From Yuukianura sp. NJ FZ-2021 (taxonomy: Eukaryota), in assembly GCA_046563655.1 (NCBI GenBank), contig CM102285.1, positions 7,006,001 to 7,070,000 of the forward strand: DNA of 64,000 nt, given 5' to 3'. A program made the translations under genes and the position numbers. Shown here one piece after another: positions 62,692 through 64,000 of the stretch. The notes beneath the pieces are model-generated. The model searched no databases and was not told the DNA's origin. It saw only the letters and a program-made list of their open reading frames with translations. Position 1 is the first letter of the stretch; each line of letters starts with the position of its first letter.

Positions 62692-63478
62692 TTTTACGCT
62701 GATTCCGAATCTCAAACGGTTTTGATCGATCTTGTCGCTTTCTAATTTTTTTTGTTGATTCGCAAAAATAAATTTAAATCCGCATTTCAGAATTTTGGAC
62801 TTCCCGTACGTTTATGTTGTATAGGTTGCACTAAAACTAAGAATGCAGATTATATTATCAATCAATCATATTCCGAACAAAAAATACTTTTCCCAAAATT
62901 CCTTTCGATTCCTCCAAAAATCCATTGTAATTCCACACTATGACCTTTCTTGTATTTGCGTTTCCCGAATTTACTTCTGGCAGTTTCCTGTTCCAGACGC
63001 GCCAATTTTTGAGCCGTACTAACTGCTCAATCCTCCATCACGTGCAAAACCATTACTAACAAAGATGGCTGGCTTAGCTTGCGTTACCATTAGGTTTGTT
63101 AAAGTACGCAATAGTGTAGGTTTTTATTATTAGGTTTGATAAAGCAGGTTAGGCTAGTTAAGGTAGGTTAAACCTGTTTCACAAAACTCCATTTAGACGT
63201 CATCTCAAAGCTCATCCTCCATCCTCTGCCCGATACACGTCACTGTAATTTGGTTTCCGCTTTGGGCGCTAACAACCTAACACTTACGGTCAGCCATATT
63301 GAAATTCCAAACGGCACTGATTGTTCTATATTTTCTATCTCGTAATTGACTCATAGAGAGGGGGACCCTAAAATTCTGAAACGCGGATTATTTTAATTAT
63401 TCAAAAATCAAAATAAAATCGAAAGCGATGAGAGCGGTCAAAACCGATTGCAGATTCCGAATCAGAGTAAAAAACTGA
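62692..63478. repeat. Old inverted-repeat element
   Basis: ~115-bp imperfect arms: tttttacgctgattc..aatccgcatttcagaattt / aaattctgaaacgcggatt..gaatcagagtaaaaa. Confidence 0.55.
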
Positions 63479-63534
63479 GTTAGGTTAGGTTTGAGATATA
63501 ATCATATATAATTTAAATATTTATCTCAATTATA

Positions 63535-64000
63535 CAGGGTGTACCACCAGAAAGGAAACGCCAAGAATTCGTTGCTATGAGCAACTTAACAAAAACTTGT
63601 AAACATGGAGGGGAAAACGTGCTCAATAATAACGAGCTTTAAAAAATTTTTTTTTTAATTTCTGCATATCTCATTTAAACAATATCGACCCAAGTTGTAA
63701 CCGCTTTTTCAAAATGCCTCAGTTTACGGTGACAGAGAAAGCTGCACTGGCTAAAATTTACTACGAACAAGGAAATTACCGAAAGGCACAAGATTTTTAC
63801 GCAGAAATTTATCCGAACAAAAGCATGCCGTCAATTAAAGCGATTCATGGAGCGGTGAAGAAGTTGGAACAAAATGGTAACATGGCAAATCGAAAACAAA
63901 AGAAACTCAAATCTGAGAGAAATGATGTCATGTCGGCTAGTGTTTTAGCATTTGTCACCTCTTATCCGAATTCAACATTAAGGAGACCAGCGTAAATTCT
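63535..64000 (+). mobile_element. Tc1/mariner-superfamily element, 5' end with transposase HTH (DUF4817-like)
   Basis: TA-cagggtgt terminus. ORF 63714-63995 (MPQFTVTEKA..YAEIYPNKSMPS..VKKLEQNG) resembles the N-terminal HTH of these transposases and ends in a premature stop. Confidence 0.75.

Overview
AT-rich eukaryotic DNA with short spliceosomal introns, probably from an arthropod. The chemoreceptor-like genes and repeat landscape suggest a springtail or insect, but that is inference. Host genes assembled from splice sites: an intact 3-exon multi-pass chemoreceptor-like gene (19190-20700 +), a frameshifted relative (54361-55573 -), a 6-exon aldo-keto reductase (38858-41355 -), a 3-exon 4-TM protein (52509-53602 -) and a 5-exon type II membrane mucin-like protein (56729-59808 -). 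The rest is dense in mobile DNA: a CRE-like non-LTR retrotransposon (RT plus restriction-like endonuclease), a deleted CACTA/EnSpm element, two families of non-autonomous Helentron-type (DINE-1/HINE-like) elements in nested and tandem arrays, hAT, Tc1/mariner and foldback MITEs, a tRNA-headed 381-bp tandem unit, and a cluster of long near-perfect palindromes at 41.8-51.2 kb. The standout observation is that the retrotransposon ORF is open from base 2, upstream of the called start. Its N-terminal segment aligns without gaps to the RFX winged-helix DNA-binding domain, an unusual module for this retrotransposon type. All family assignments come from motif recognition by eye; no searches were run.
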